A stretch of 64,000 nt of DNA from Burkholderiales bacterium (GTDB taxonomy: Bacteria; Pseudomonadota; Gammaproteobacteria; Burkholderiales; JACQAP01), in assembly GCA_036384015.1 (NCBI GenBank), contig DASVNF010000100.1, positions 5,952-69,951 of the forward strand, read 5' to 3'. Of the stretch, positions 9,470-18,375 are shown one piece after another (positions within the stretch are counted from its first letter, which is position 1; the number at the start of each line of letters is the position of its first letter). Made by a program: the position numbers and the translations under genes. Under the pieces are notes generated by a model. The model was not told where the DNA came from and did no database searches. It saw only the letters and a list, made by a program, of their open reading frames with translations.

Positions 9470-11811
9470 TCCCCGGCAAGGTCAAGCCGCCGACGATCCC
9501 GATCCCGTTCCACAAGATGCTGAAGGTGGTTGCGATCGTCGATCCCGGCGATCGCCAGAGCCGGGAACTGGTTGGCCAGATCACAGCAGCCAATTTCGAG
9601 GTGGAGGTCACCGAACGCTGCGAGCGCGACGTCTTCGAGGATGCGGACGTCGGCGCCTATATCGTACTGGTGGATGGGGAACGCCTGGAGACGGCGCGCA
9701 AGATGGCGTCGGAAGTGCGCGCAATCGGTTTTCGCACACCGCTCTGGGCACTGGCCAATTCCCGCAGGATATCCGACCTGGCCATCGTCAGTGGCCTTGG
9801 CGAAGTCGAGGGCTTCATTTATCTCGGGCAGCAGAGCCCCGCTTTCTACGCAAAGCAGGTCGTAGCTAGCGTCACCCGCTACGGCATGAGCCTGCTTCCC
9901 CCATTCTTCGGCGGCCTGATGGCTTACGACGGCGAGGCAACCATCGCCTTCGACTGCCCGGGCCACCAGGGTGGCCAGTTCTATCGCAAGTCGCCCGCGG
10001 GCCAGCTGTTCTTCCGCCATTTCGGCGAGAACATCTTCCGCAATGACCTGTGCAATGCCGACGTGGAGCTGGGCGACCTGCTGATCCATGAAGGCGTGGC
10101 GGCGGAAGCGCAAAAACACGCCGCCCGCGTGTTCGGCGCCGACCGCACTTATTTCGTCCTCAACGGCACCAGTTCGTCCAACAAGGTCGTCACCGGCTCG
10201 GTGTTGCGCCAGGGCGACCTGGTGCTGTTCGATCGCAACAACCACAAGTCCATGCACCAGGGCGGCTTGGTCCAGGCCGGCGCGATCCCGGTGTTCCTGC
10301 CCACGGCGCGCAACGGCTTCGGCATGATCGGACCGGTCGACTGGGAGGCGTGGGACGAGAAGTTCCTGCGCGAGCAAATCCGCGCCAATCCTTTGGTCAA
10401 GGACAAGGATCGGGCGAAGGCAGAACGCCCGTTCCGCCTCGCCTGCATCCAGCTTGCCACCTACGACGGCACCGTATACAACGTGCGCAAGGTCATGGAG
10501 AAGATCGGGCATCTTTGCGACTACATCCTCTGGGATGAGGCCTGGATCGGCTACAACGCCTTCCATCCGCTGTATGAAGACCACAGCCCGATGCGCATCA
10601 CGAAGCTCGGGCCCGAAATGCCGGGCCTCTTTTCCACCCAGTCCGTGCATAAACAGGGCGCCGGCTTTTCACAGGCCTCGCAGATCCACAAGCGCGACGA
10701 GCACATCCGCGGCCAGAAACGCTACGTCGAGCACAAGCGCTTCAACGAGGCCTTCCTGATGAATGCCTCGACCTCGCCGTTCTACCCGCTGTTCGCCTCG
10801 CTCGACGTCAACGCCAAGGTGCACGAAGGCAAGGCCGGCGAGATGCTGTGGGACCGCTGCATCGCGCTTGGCATCGAAGCCCGCAAGAAGCTGCGCGAAT
10901 TCGTGCGCCACTACGAGAAAAGCGGGAAGGGCAAGGAAGAACAATGGTTCTTCGATCCCTTCGTCCCCGATGTCGTCGCGCTCGACGGGAACGAGAAGCG
11001 CGCCTGGGAAGACATCCCCACACAGCAGCTCAAGCGTGACCAGCGCTGCTGGAACTTCCAGCCCGACGCAAAATGGCATGGCTACGCCGGCATGGCCGAC
11101 GGATACGCAATGGTCGACCCGAACAAGCTGATGCTGCTCACCCCGGGCATCGACCGGAAGAGCGGCGGCTACCTCGAATTCGGGGTGCCGGCAACGGTAG
11201 TGGCCAATTACCTGCGCGAGCAACGGATCGTTCCCGAGAAATGCGACCTCAACAGCATCCTGTTCCTGATGACGCCGGCGGAGGACGAAAGCAAGCTCAA
11301 CTCGCTGATCGGCAAGCTGGTGCGCTTCAAGGACCTGTGGGATCGCGACGCCCCGCTGGGCGAAGTCCTGCCAACGCTGGCAGGTACGCACGCGGAGCGC
11401 TATGACGGCTACACCCTGCGCAAGGTCTGCCGCGAAATGCACGATTTCTACCGCAAGGCGAACATCAAGGAGCTGCAGCGCTTGAGCTTTCGCGCTTCAA
11501 GTTTCCCGGAACTTGCCTGTACCCCGCAGGAGGCGTACCGCGCGCTGGTCGGCAACGAGGTCGACTACGTGCCGATGGAGCAGGCCAGGGGCCGCATCGC
11601 CGCCACCCTCGCCCTGATCTATCCCCCGGGTATCGGGGTGGTGGTGCCCGGGGAACGGTGGGACGCGCGAGCCCAGCCGATGATGGACTACCTGGCTGCG
11701 TTCGAGGAATCGTTCAACCGCTTTCCTGGCTTCAACTACGAAGTACAGGGCATTTACCAGGAAAGAATTGACGGCCGCATCAAATTCCACACTTACGTAG
11801 TCAAGGAGTAA
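9466..11811 (+). CDS. Orn/Lys/Arg decarboxylase family, ornithine decarboxylase-like (SpeC/SpeF clade)
   Basis: In-frame part of ORF 8521..11811. ATG 9466 overlaps the upstream stop (ATGA), and ATG 9517 is an alternative start. SpeF-like strings: FDCPGHQGG, DLCNADVELGDLLIHEG, TYFVLNGTSSSNKVV, FDRNNHKS, TQSVHKQGAGFSQASQIHKRD, STSPFYPLFASLDVNAK and VPEKCDLNSILFLMTPAED. Confidence 0.8.
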   Translation: MIPGKVKPPTIPIPFHKMLKVVAIVDPGDRQSRELVGQITAANFEVEVTERCERDVFEDADVGAYIVLVDGERLETARKMASEVRAIGFRTPLWALANSRRISDLAIVSGLGEVEGFIYLGQQSPAFYAKQVVASVTRYGMSLLPPFFGGLMAYDGEATIAFDCPGHQGGQFYRKSPAGQLFFRHFGENIFRNDLCNADVELGDLLIHEGVAAEAQKHAARVFGADRTYFVLNGTSSSNKVVTGSVLRQGDLVLFDRNNHKSMHQGGLVQAGAIPVFLPTARNGFGMIGPVDWEAWDEKFLREQIRANPLVKDKDRAKAERPFRLACIQLATYDGTVYNVRKVMEKIGHLCDYILWDEAWIGYNAFHPLYEDHSPMRITKLGPEMPGLFSTQSVHKQGAGFSQASQIHKRDEHIRGQKRYVEHKRFNEAFLMNASTSPFYPLFASLDVNAKVHEGKAGEMLWDRCIALGIEARKKLREFVRHYEKSGKGKEEQWFFDPFVPDVVALDGNEKRAWEDIPTQQLKRDQRCWNFQPDAKWHGYAGMADGYAMVDPNKLMLLTPGIDRKSGGYLEFGVPATVVANYLREQRIVPEKCDLNSILFLMTPAEDESKLNSLIGKLVRFKDLWDRDAPLGEVLPTLAGTHAERYDGYTLRKVCREMHDFYRKANIKELQRLSFRASSFPELACTPQEAYRALVGNEVDYVPMEQARGRIAATLALIYPPGIGVVVPGERWDARAQPMMDYLAAFEESFNRFPGFNYEVQGIYQERIDGRIKFHTYVVKE

Positions 11812-11814
11812 AGC

Positions 11815-14115
11815 ATGGCGCTTCCCGGTACAGGTCCGCTTCGTCCTCGCGTACTGATTGTCGATGACGCGCTTGCCCGGCCCGACACGGCAATCGGCCG
11901 CGCTGCCGAAGGCATTACGTCGGCCCTCGCGGCACGCAACTGCGACGTCGTCCGCGCACTGTCGTTCGAGGACGGGGCGGCAGTTGTTGGTTTCGATGCC
12001 TCGCTGCGCACCGTTCTTCTGAACTGGCACCTCGGCACCGAGGGAAAGACCGTGCCCGCCCAGGCGTCCTCCCTGCTGCACAAGCTGCGCGAACGGCACC
12101 CCAACGTGCCCGTATTCCTGACTGCGAATCGCAAGCTGGTCAGGGACAACATGAGCATCGAAGTCGCCGAGCTGGTGGACGAATTCGTCTGGCTGCTGGA
12201 GGACACTGCGGATTTTGTCGCCGGCCGCGTGATGGCAGCGATCAACCGCTACCAGGCAAAGCTCCTGCCACCTTATGCCCGTGCGCTCGCCACTTACTCG
12301 CAACTGCGCGAACACTCGTGGTCGGCACCGGGGCATCAGGGCGGCATTGCATTCACCAAGCTGCCCGCCGGGCGCGCGTTCTTCGACTTCATGGGCGAGA
12401 ACCTGTTTCGCACCGACATGGGCATCGAGCGCGGCGCGCTCGGCTCGCTGCTCGACCATACCGGACCCGTGGCGGAGAGCGAGAAGTACGCGGCGCGCGT
12501 CTTTGGAGCACACCGCAGCTATTCCGGTGTGGTCGGAACCTCGGGGTCGAACCGCAGCATCATGCAGGCCTGCATGAAAGCCGACGATCTGGTCGTGCTG
12601 GACCGCAACTGCCACAAGTCCATCGAGCAGGGCCTGATGCTGACCGGCGCGCGTCCCGTCTACATGGTGGCCTCGCGCAACCGTTACGGCATCATCGGGC
12701 CCATCGCACCGTCCGAGATGGATCCGAAGACCATCGTGGCCAAGGCGAAGGCAGGGCCGCTCACCAGGAAGTTTTCCGGCCGGAAGCCGGTATACGCTGT
12801 CGTCACGAACAGCACCTACGACGGCATGTGCTACAACTCCGCGCGCGTCGAAGCGCTGCTCGGGAAGTCCAGTGACAGGGTGCATATGGACGAAGCGTGG
12901 TACGGCTACGCGCGATTCAACCCGATGTACGAGAACCACTTCGCGATGCGCGGCGATCCGGCATCGCACAAGGGCCCGACGGTGTTCGCGACGCATTCGA
13001 CGCATAAGCTGCTCGCGGCGCTGTCGCAGGCGTCCTACATCCATGTGCGCGACGGCAAAGGGGCGATCGACCACCACCGCTTCAACCAGGCGTACATGAT
13101 GCACACCAGCACCTCGCCCCTCTACGCGATCGTCGCGTCGAACGACATCACGACCGCGATGATGGACGGTAGCGGAGGACAGTCCCTGACACAGGAAACG
13201 ATCAACGAAGCGGTCGACTTCCGGCAGGCGGTCGGCCGGGTGCGGCGCGAATTCTCGAAGAAGAAAGACTGGTTCTTCAAGCCGTGGAACGCCGAAACAG
13301 TGAAGCTCTCGAACGGGCGCAAGGTTGCATTCGAGGACGCCCCGGCCGAAAGCCTTTGCAACAGCCAGGAGCCGTGGGTGCTGCGTCCCGGCGACAAATG
13401 GCACGGCTTCGGGGATATTGCCGACGACTGGTGCATGCTCGACCCGATCAAGGTCAGCATCCTCTCGCCGGGGATGGGCGACGACGGCAAGCTGGAGAAG
13501 ACTGGCGTGCCGGCGGCCCTGGTGAACGCCTGGTTCAACCGCTTCGGCATCGTGCCGACGCGCGTAACCGATTTTCAGGTGATGTTTCTGTTCTCGATCG
13601 GCATCACGCGCGGCAAGTGGGGCACCCTGCTCACCAACTTGCTCGCATTCAAGCGCGATTACGACGCCAATCTTCCGGTGTCCCATTCGCTGCCGGAGAT
13701 CGCTGCGCAATACCCGCAGCGTTACGGCAAGATCGGCATGCGCGACCTGGGTAACGAGCTGTTCGAGTACCTGCGCGAGAACCGCCCCGGCGACGTGCTG
13801 AATGACGCCTACAAGACGCTCCCAGCGATGGACATGACGCCACGCGAAGCGTACGAGCGCCTGGTGTCCGGCGAAGTCGAACTGGTGCCGACCGACAAGC
13901 TCGCGCGGCGCACCGCAGCCAACGGCGTGATGCCCTACCCGCCCGGCATCCCTATGCTGATGTCCGGGGAGAACTTCGGTGGCAGGGATTCGCCCCAGAT
14001 CGAGTATCTGCGCAGCATGCAAAACCGGGAGAAACAGTTCCCCGGCTTCAGCGGAGTGATAGAAGGCGCGGAAATGATCGACGGGATCTTCCATGTCCTG
14101 TGCGTGAAAAAGTAG
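11815..14115 (+). CDS. adiA: Biodegradative arginine decarboxylase-like (AdiA clade of the Orn/Lys/Arg decarboxylase family)
   Basis: AAGGAG RBS. Near-colinear with E. coli AdiA as I recall it: LEDTADFVAGR, SWSAPGHQGG, GENLFRTDMGIERG, GTSGSNRSIMQAC, DRNCHKSIEQGLMLTGARPVYM, ATHSTHKLL, TDFQVMFLFSIGITRGKWGTL, PYPPGIPMLMSGENFG and C-terminal DGIFHVLCVKK. Confidence 0.8.
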   Translation: MALPGTGPLRPRVLIVDDALARPDTAIGRAAEGITSALAARNCDVVRALSFEDGAAVVGFDASLRTVLLNWHLGTEGKTVPAQASSLLHKLRERHPNVPVFLTANRKLVRDNMSIEVAELVDEFVWLLEDTADFVAGRVMAAINRYQAKLLPPYARALATYSQLREHSWSAPGHQGGIAFTKLPAGRAFFDFMGENLFRTDMGIERGALGSLLDHTGPVAESEKYAARVFGAHRSYSGVVGTSGSNRSIMQACMKADDLVVLDRNCHKSIEQGLMLTGARPVYMVASRNRYGIIGPIAPSEMDPKTIVAKAKAGPLTRKFSGRKPVYAVVTNSTYDGMCYNSARVEALLGKSSDRVHMDEAWYGYARFNPMYENHFAMRGDPASHKGPTVFATHSTHKLLAALSQASYIHVRDGKGAIDHHRFNQAYMMHTSTSPLYAIVASNDITTAMMDGSGGQSLTQETINEAVDFRQAVGRVRREFSKKKDWFFKPWNAETVKLSNGRKVAFEDAPAESLCNSQEPWVLRPGDKWHGFGDIADDWCMLDPIKVSILSPGMGDDGKLEKTGVPAALVNAWFNRFGIVPTRVTDFQVMFLFSIGITRGKWGTLLTNLLAFKRDYDANLPVSHSLPEIAAQYPQRYGKIGMRDLGNELFEYLRENRPGDVLNDAYKTLPAMDMTPREAYERLVSGEVELVPTDKLARRTAANGVMPYPPGIPMLMSGENFGGRDSPQIEYLRSMQNREKQFPGFSGVIEGAEMIDGIFHVLCVKK

Positions 14116-14160
14116 CACCCGAATGGCAGCGATCGAAACACCAAAAAAGGGGAGATGATC

Positions 14161-16413
14161 ATGGCAGCCAGCACCACGAAAAAAATGTCCTTGATGCAGC
14201 TGACGATCCTGGTCTCCGTCAACATGATGGGGTCCGGCATCATCATGCTGCCGACGAACATGGCCCAGGTCGGCGCGATCTCGCTGCTGTCCTGGATCGT
14301 GACTGCCGTCGGGTCGATGCTGATCGCGTACGGCTTCGCCCAGGCAGGCATTTTCAACAACCGGCCGGGCGGCATGTCGGCCTACGCCGAGGATGCCTAC
14401 GGCAAGCCCGGCTACTTCATGGTGTTCCTGCTCTATTTCTTCTCCCTCGCCATCGGCAACGTCGCGATCGCGATTTCCGCGGTGGGCTATCTTTCCGGCT
14501 TTTTTCCAGGCCTTTCGGCGACGCCGATCGCGACCTGCCTCAGCGTGATCGGCCTGATCTGGCTCACGTCCGTCGCCAATTTCGGCGGCCCTTCGATCAC
14601 CGGCAGGATCGGCTCCGTCACGGTGTGGGGCGTCATCATCCCGGTTGCCGGCCTGTCCATCATCGGCTGGTTCTGGTTCAAGAGCGACACCTTCATGCAG
14701 GCGTGGAATCCGCAGGGAATGAGCATCGGCGAAGGCATGGGCTCGAGCATTGCGCTGACGCTATGGGCCTTCCTGGGCATGGAGTCCGCGGCACAGAACT
14801 CCGATGCCGTGGAAGATCCCAAGCGCAACGTTCCACTCGCGTGCATGTTCGGCACGCTGGGCGCAGCGGTCATCTATATCCTCTCGACAACCGTGATCCA
14901 GGGCATTGTTCCCAACGCCGAGCTGGCAGAATCGACGGGCCCGTTCGCGCTTGCGTACGCCCACATGTTCAATCCGACCGTCGGCTCGATCATCATGGCA
15001 CTGGCGATCCTGGCCTGCCTCGGTTCGCTCCTCGGCTGGCAGTTCACCATCTCGCAAACCGCGAAGGCCGCCGCCGACGATCGCATGTTTCCTAGGTTTT
15101 TCTCGAAGCTCAACAAGCTGGGTGCCCCGGTGATGGGATTGATCATCATGGGCGTTGTCCAGTCGGTGATGGCGCTATCCACCATCTCGCCCAGCCTGAG
15201 CGAGCAGTTCAGCGCGCTGGTCAATCTTGCCGTGGTCACCAACGTGGTGCCCTACATCATTGCGCTCTCCGCGCTGGTCGTAATGATGAAAAAGGCGGGC
15301 GTCACCAGCGGGGTTTACAAGCGCAACGTCATCATAGGAGTGGGCGCCATGCTCTATTCTACGTACGCGATCTACGCCTCGGGCAAAGATGCCGTCCTTG
15401 GCGGGATGATCATCGTGGCACTCACCTACATCCTCTGGGGATTCCTCGCCCCACGCTTTGCGTCGGTCAAACCAGCGGCCGCTCCCGCTTCCGCCGGCGG
15501 TGTCGCCGCCTCCGGCATTGCGCTCGCTGCGCTGCTGGCGCTCGTGCTGCTGCTTGCCGGAACGCAACCCGCCGAGGCTGCCGGTACGATGGACCGCATC
15601 AAGAGTTCGGGCAAGCTGAAACTGGGCTATAGCGCCGACACCCGCCCCTTTACCTTTGACGGAGGATCCGGTCCGGCCGGCTTCGCGATCGACCTGTGCA
15701 TGGCGATCGCCGGCGAAGCGAAGGCGGCCCCTGGCATGGGGGCGCTAGCGGTGGAATTCGTCCCACTGGCGCATGACGAAGGGCCGCAGGCCGTGGCGCA
15801 AGGCAAGGTCGACATCTCGTGCGAGCCGACCGTGCCGACGAGGACCTCGCGCAAGCAGGTCTCGTACTCGATCCCGGTTTTCGCAAGCGGGGTCGGCGTT
15901 GTTGTCAGCAAGGACGCCTCCTCACGACTCAAGAACATTCTCTCCGGCCAAACGCCGCCAACAAGCCCCACCTGGCGCGCCAATGCGGACAAGCTTATTC
16001 GGGAAAGCACGTTTTCAGTGATTGAAGGCACGCAAAGCCAGCGCGTATTCGAGCAGCGGATGAGTCAGTTGAAGCTCATTCCCAAGGTCTCGACCGTCAA
16101 GGATTTCGACGCCGGCATTCAAGACGTCATCGACGGGCGTGCCAATGCCTTCTTCGGCAACCGCGCAATCCTTCTGGACGCGGTCAAGCGCAAAGGCGGG
16201 TCGGCTCACCTGGAGGTGCTCGACCGGCTGTTCACGAATGAAACCTATGCTTTTGCGGTTCCACGCGGTGACGAGGATTTCCGGCTCCTGGTGGACGGAG
16301 CCTTGAGCCGGCTGTTCCTGTCCAATGAACTTGGAGACGTCTACGGGAAGTGGTTCGGACTGCTCAACGAGAATGCGCGTTCCCTGTTCCAGCTGAATGC
16401 GCTCCCGGACTGA
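14161..16413 (+). CDS. potE: PotE-like basic amino acid/polyamine antiporter (APC family) fused to a C-terminal family-3 periplasmic solute-binding domain
   Basis: The N-terminal about 435 aa are colinear with E. coli PotE as I recall it: QLTIL..VNMMGSGIIMLPT, SWIVTAVGSM, GNVAIAISAVGY, ANFGG..ITG, VTVWGVIIPV, GWFWF, LTLWAFLG.ES, NVP, LGWQFTI and LVNLAVVTNV.PYI. A hydrophobic segment VAASGIALAALLALVLLLAG plus AEA follows. The SBP domain then has KLKLGY, FAIDLC and a C-terminal LNALPD. Start is ATG 14161 (GGGGAG RBS), with ATG 14155 as an alternative. Confidence 0.8.
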   Translation: MAASTTKKMSLMQLTILVSVNMMGSGIIMLPTNMAQVGAISLLSWIVTAVGSMLIAYGFAQAGIFNNRPGGMSAYAEDAYGKPGYFMVFLLYFFSLAIGNVAIAISAVGYLSGFFPGLSATPIATCLSVIGLIWLTSVANFGGPSITGRIGSVTVWGVIIPVAGLSIIGWFWFKSDTFMQAWNPQGMSIGEGMGSSIALTLWAFLGMESAAQNSDAVEDPKRNVPLACMFGTLGAAVIYILSTTVIQGIVPNAELAESTGPFALAYAHMFNPTVGSIIMALAILACLGSLLGWQFTISQTAKAAADDRMFPRFFSKLNKLGAPVMGLIIMGVVQSVMALSTISPSLSEQFSALVNLAVVTNVVPYIIALSALVVMMKKAGVTSGVYKRNVIIGVGAMLYSTYAIYASGKDAVLGGMIIVALTYILWGFLAPRFASVKPAAAPASAGGVAASGIALAALLALVLLLAGTQPAEAAGTMDRIKSSGKLKLGYSADTRPFTFDGGSGPAGFAIDLCMAIAGEAKAAPGMGALAVEFVPLAHDEGPQAVAQGKVDISCEPTVPTRTSRKQVSYSIPVFASGVGVVVSKDASSRLKNILSGQTPPTSPTWRANADKLIRESTFSVIEGTQSQRVFEQRMSQLKLIPKVSTVKDFDAGIQDVIDGRANAFFGNRAILLDAVKRKGGSAHLEVLDRLFTNETYAFAVPRGDEDFRLLVDGALSRLFLSNELGDVYGKWFGLLNENARSLFQLNALPD

Positions 16414-16450
16414 ATGACAGGCACTGCGTTTGCGGTCAGCTGCGGTTGAA

Positions 16451-17761
16451 ATGACAGCTACGCCAAACGCGGCCAAGAGCCTGGGGCTCGCCGCCTGTAC
16501 CGCGGTAGTGGTGGGGAACATGGTGGGTTCGGGCTTCTACCTGTCGCCCACCGCCACGGCACCCTACGGCCTGCTCGCGATCTTCGCCTGGAGCGTGATG
16601 GGCGCTGGTGCAATCTGCCTCGGCCTTACCTTCGCGCGCCTGGCGCGCATCGCGCCGGCGACCGGCGGACCGTTCGCCTACACGCGCATGGCGTACGGTG
16701 ACTTCGCCGGCTTCCTTGTCGCCTGGGGTTACTGGATCTCCATCTGGGCGTCGCTGCCGGCAATCGCGTTCGCCTTCGCCGGCGCACTCATAAACCTTTT
16801 TCCCGCCCTGCAGAACAGAACCATGGCACTGGCGCTGACGCTCGCCCCAATCTGGGCCGTGGTGCTGATAAACCTGCGCGGCGTGAAGACGGCCGGCATC
16901 TTCGCCGAGGTCACGACCTACTCCAAGCTCGTTCCCTTCGCCGCGGTCGCGCTGGTCGGCTTGTTTTACGTGCGCAGCGAGAACCTGCCGGCCTTCAATC
17001 CCACAGGAGAGTCGCTGCTCGCCTCCAGTGCGGCGCTCGCGCCGCTCGTGATGTTCGCCTACCTTGGCCTGGAGTCGGCAACCGTTCCGGCGGGCGATGT
17101 ACGCGACGCGACGCGCACCATCCCCCGTTCGACCATCATCGGTATCAGCATTGCCGCCGTGCTCTACGTGCTCGGCACCATAGTGGTTTTCGGCGTCGTG
17201 CCGCCCGACCAACTGCTGAAGTCGGTGGCCCCGTTCACCGACGCCGCGCGGATCATGTGGGGCGACTGGGGCGCCGGCGCGATCGCCGCCGCCGTGATTG
17301 TCTCTTCTATCGGCGCATTGAACGGCTGGACGCTCATGATGGGGCAAGTCCCCATGGCGGCCGCGCAGGAGGGCCTGTTCCCTCCCGCCTTCGGCCGGCT
17401 GTCAGCAAGCGGCGTCCCAGCGCTCGGCATCGTAATCTCGGCCATGCTTACCACCGCGATGGTGTTGGTCCAGACCTGGGGCGCACCGGGGGTGCGCGCG
17501 TTCTACAATCTGGTGGTCAGCCTGAGCACGATGGCGGCGGTGATCCCCTATGCGTTCTGCGCGCTGGCGGTAGGCTTGGTCGCCGCGCGCAACGGCGGAA
17601 AGGCGCGTATCGGTCCGGTCGAAATCATCGCATTCGTGTTCGCGATGTTCACCGTCTACGGCTGCGGCGCGGAAGCCGTCCTGTATGGCCTGCTGCTGCT
17701 CTTGCTTGGAATTCCGGTGTACGTGTGGCAGCGCCAGGGCACGCCTCCGGCGACTGGCTAG
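16451..17761 (+). CDS. APC-superfamily amino acid/polyamine transporter (second transporter of the operon)
   Basis: About 12 predicted hydrophobic segments. APC signature GNMVGSGFYLSP and GGPFAYTRMAYGDFAGFLVAWGYW. The ORF track starts at TTG 16430, and ATG 16451 was chosen. Confidence 0.75.
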   Translation: MTATPNAAKSLGLAACTAVVVGNMVGSGFYLSPTATAPYGLLAIFAWSVMGAGAICLGLTFARLARIAPATGGPFAYTRMAYGDFAGFLVAWGYWISIWASLPAIAFAFAGALINLFPALQNRTMALALTLAPIWAVVLINLRGVKTAGIFAEVTTYSKLVPFAAVALVGLFYVRSENLPAFNPTGESLLASSAALAPLVMFAYLGLESATVPAGDVRDATRTIPRSTIIGISIAAVLYVLGTIVVFGVVPPDQLLKSVAPFTDAARIMWGDWGAGAIAAAVIVSSIGALNGWTLMMGQVPMAAAQEGLFPPAFGRLSASGVPALGIVISAMLTTAMVLVQTWGAPGVRAFYNLVVSLSTMAAVIPYAFCALAVGLVAARNGGKARIGPVEIIAFVFAMFTVYGCGAEAVLYGLLLLLLGIPVYVWQRQGTPPATG

Positions 17762-17993
17762 GCGCGCGCGAGCAACAGCCTCCTTGCGTTCCTTCGCAAA
17801 CTGTCGACATCGAGCATGCCGGTATGCCGGCGCCGCGGGCATTTCAATATGTCCATGGACTGAAGCAATCCCTGGAAAAAGTGCCCCGGCAAGTCCTGGA
17901 CCCGGCATCTTCCGGAGTTGACCACTTCTGGATCATTGCTCCCCGCCCCGCTCTCCCGATAGCATTGCATTCTTGCATCAGAAGGAAATCTTG

Positions 17994-18338
17994 ATGAGGT
18001 ATGTCCCTTCCATCGTTGGCGCCTGGCTCCTGATTGCGGCATCAGGGGCATTCGAGATTGTCTTTTCTGTCCTCCTCAAGGAGTCCGACGGCTTCACCAG
18101 GCCGATCCCCACTGCGATCGGCATAACCGCCGCGCTCCTGAGCATCTGGCTGATGACGATCGCCCTGCGAACTCTTCCGCTCGGGCCGTCGTACGCGGTC
18201 TGGGCCGGAATCGGGACGCTGGGAACGGCCATTGCGGCAGTCGTCATCTACTCGGAATCGGTGACCGTCCCAAAGACGGTATTCATGCTTTTCATCATCA
18301 TCGGTATCGTCGGCCTGCAGCTGCACGGCCGGGACTAG
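17994..18338 (+). CDS. gdx: SMR-family small multidrug/guanidinium exporter (SugE/Gdx-like)
   Basis: 114 aa with 4 hydrophobic helices. Conserved membrane Glu in AFEIVFSVLLK, and PLGPSYAVWAGIGTLGTA resembles SugE PVGTAYAVWTGIGAVGAA. ATG 17994 has an AAGGA RBS. Confidence 0.75.
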   Translation: MRYVPSIVGAWLLIAASGAFEIVFSVLLKESDGFTRPIPTAIGITAALLSIWLMTIALRTLPLGPSYAVWAGIGTLGTAIAAVVIYSESVTVPKTVFMLFIIIGIVGLQLHGRD

Positions 18339-18375
18339 GCCGGGAGCGTCAACACGCGGGGGGAGCCGGTTTTTC

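Noticed and set aside
7388-14118. Very long antisense ORFs (7388..9394, 9430..10650, 10669..11442, 11497..14118) opposite the decarboxylase genes
   Set aside because: They are typical stop-codon-poor shadow frames of GC-rich coding DNA. Their translations are Arg/Ala/Gly/His-rich low-complexity sequence with no motifs. The plus-strand frames carry unmistakable decarboxylase signatures.
17762-17993. Guanidine riboswitch (ykkC, mini-ykkC or ykkC-III) upstream of the Gdx/SugE gene
   Set aside because: There are no paired ACGR-loop hairpins. The resemblance of CCCUGGAAAAAGUGCCCCGG to the guanidine-I 3' consensus is only loose, and the upstream conserved blocks are missing. This cannot be supported without a covariance-model scan.
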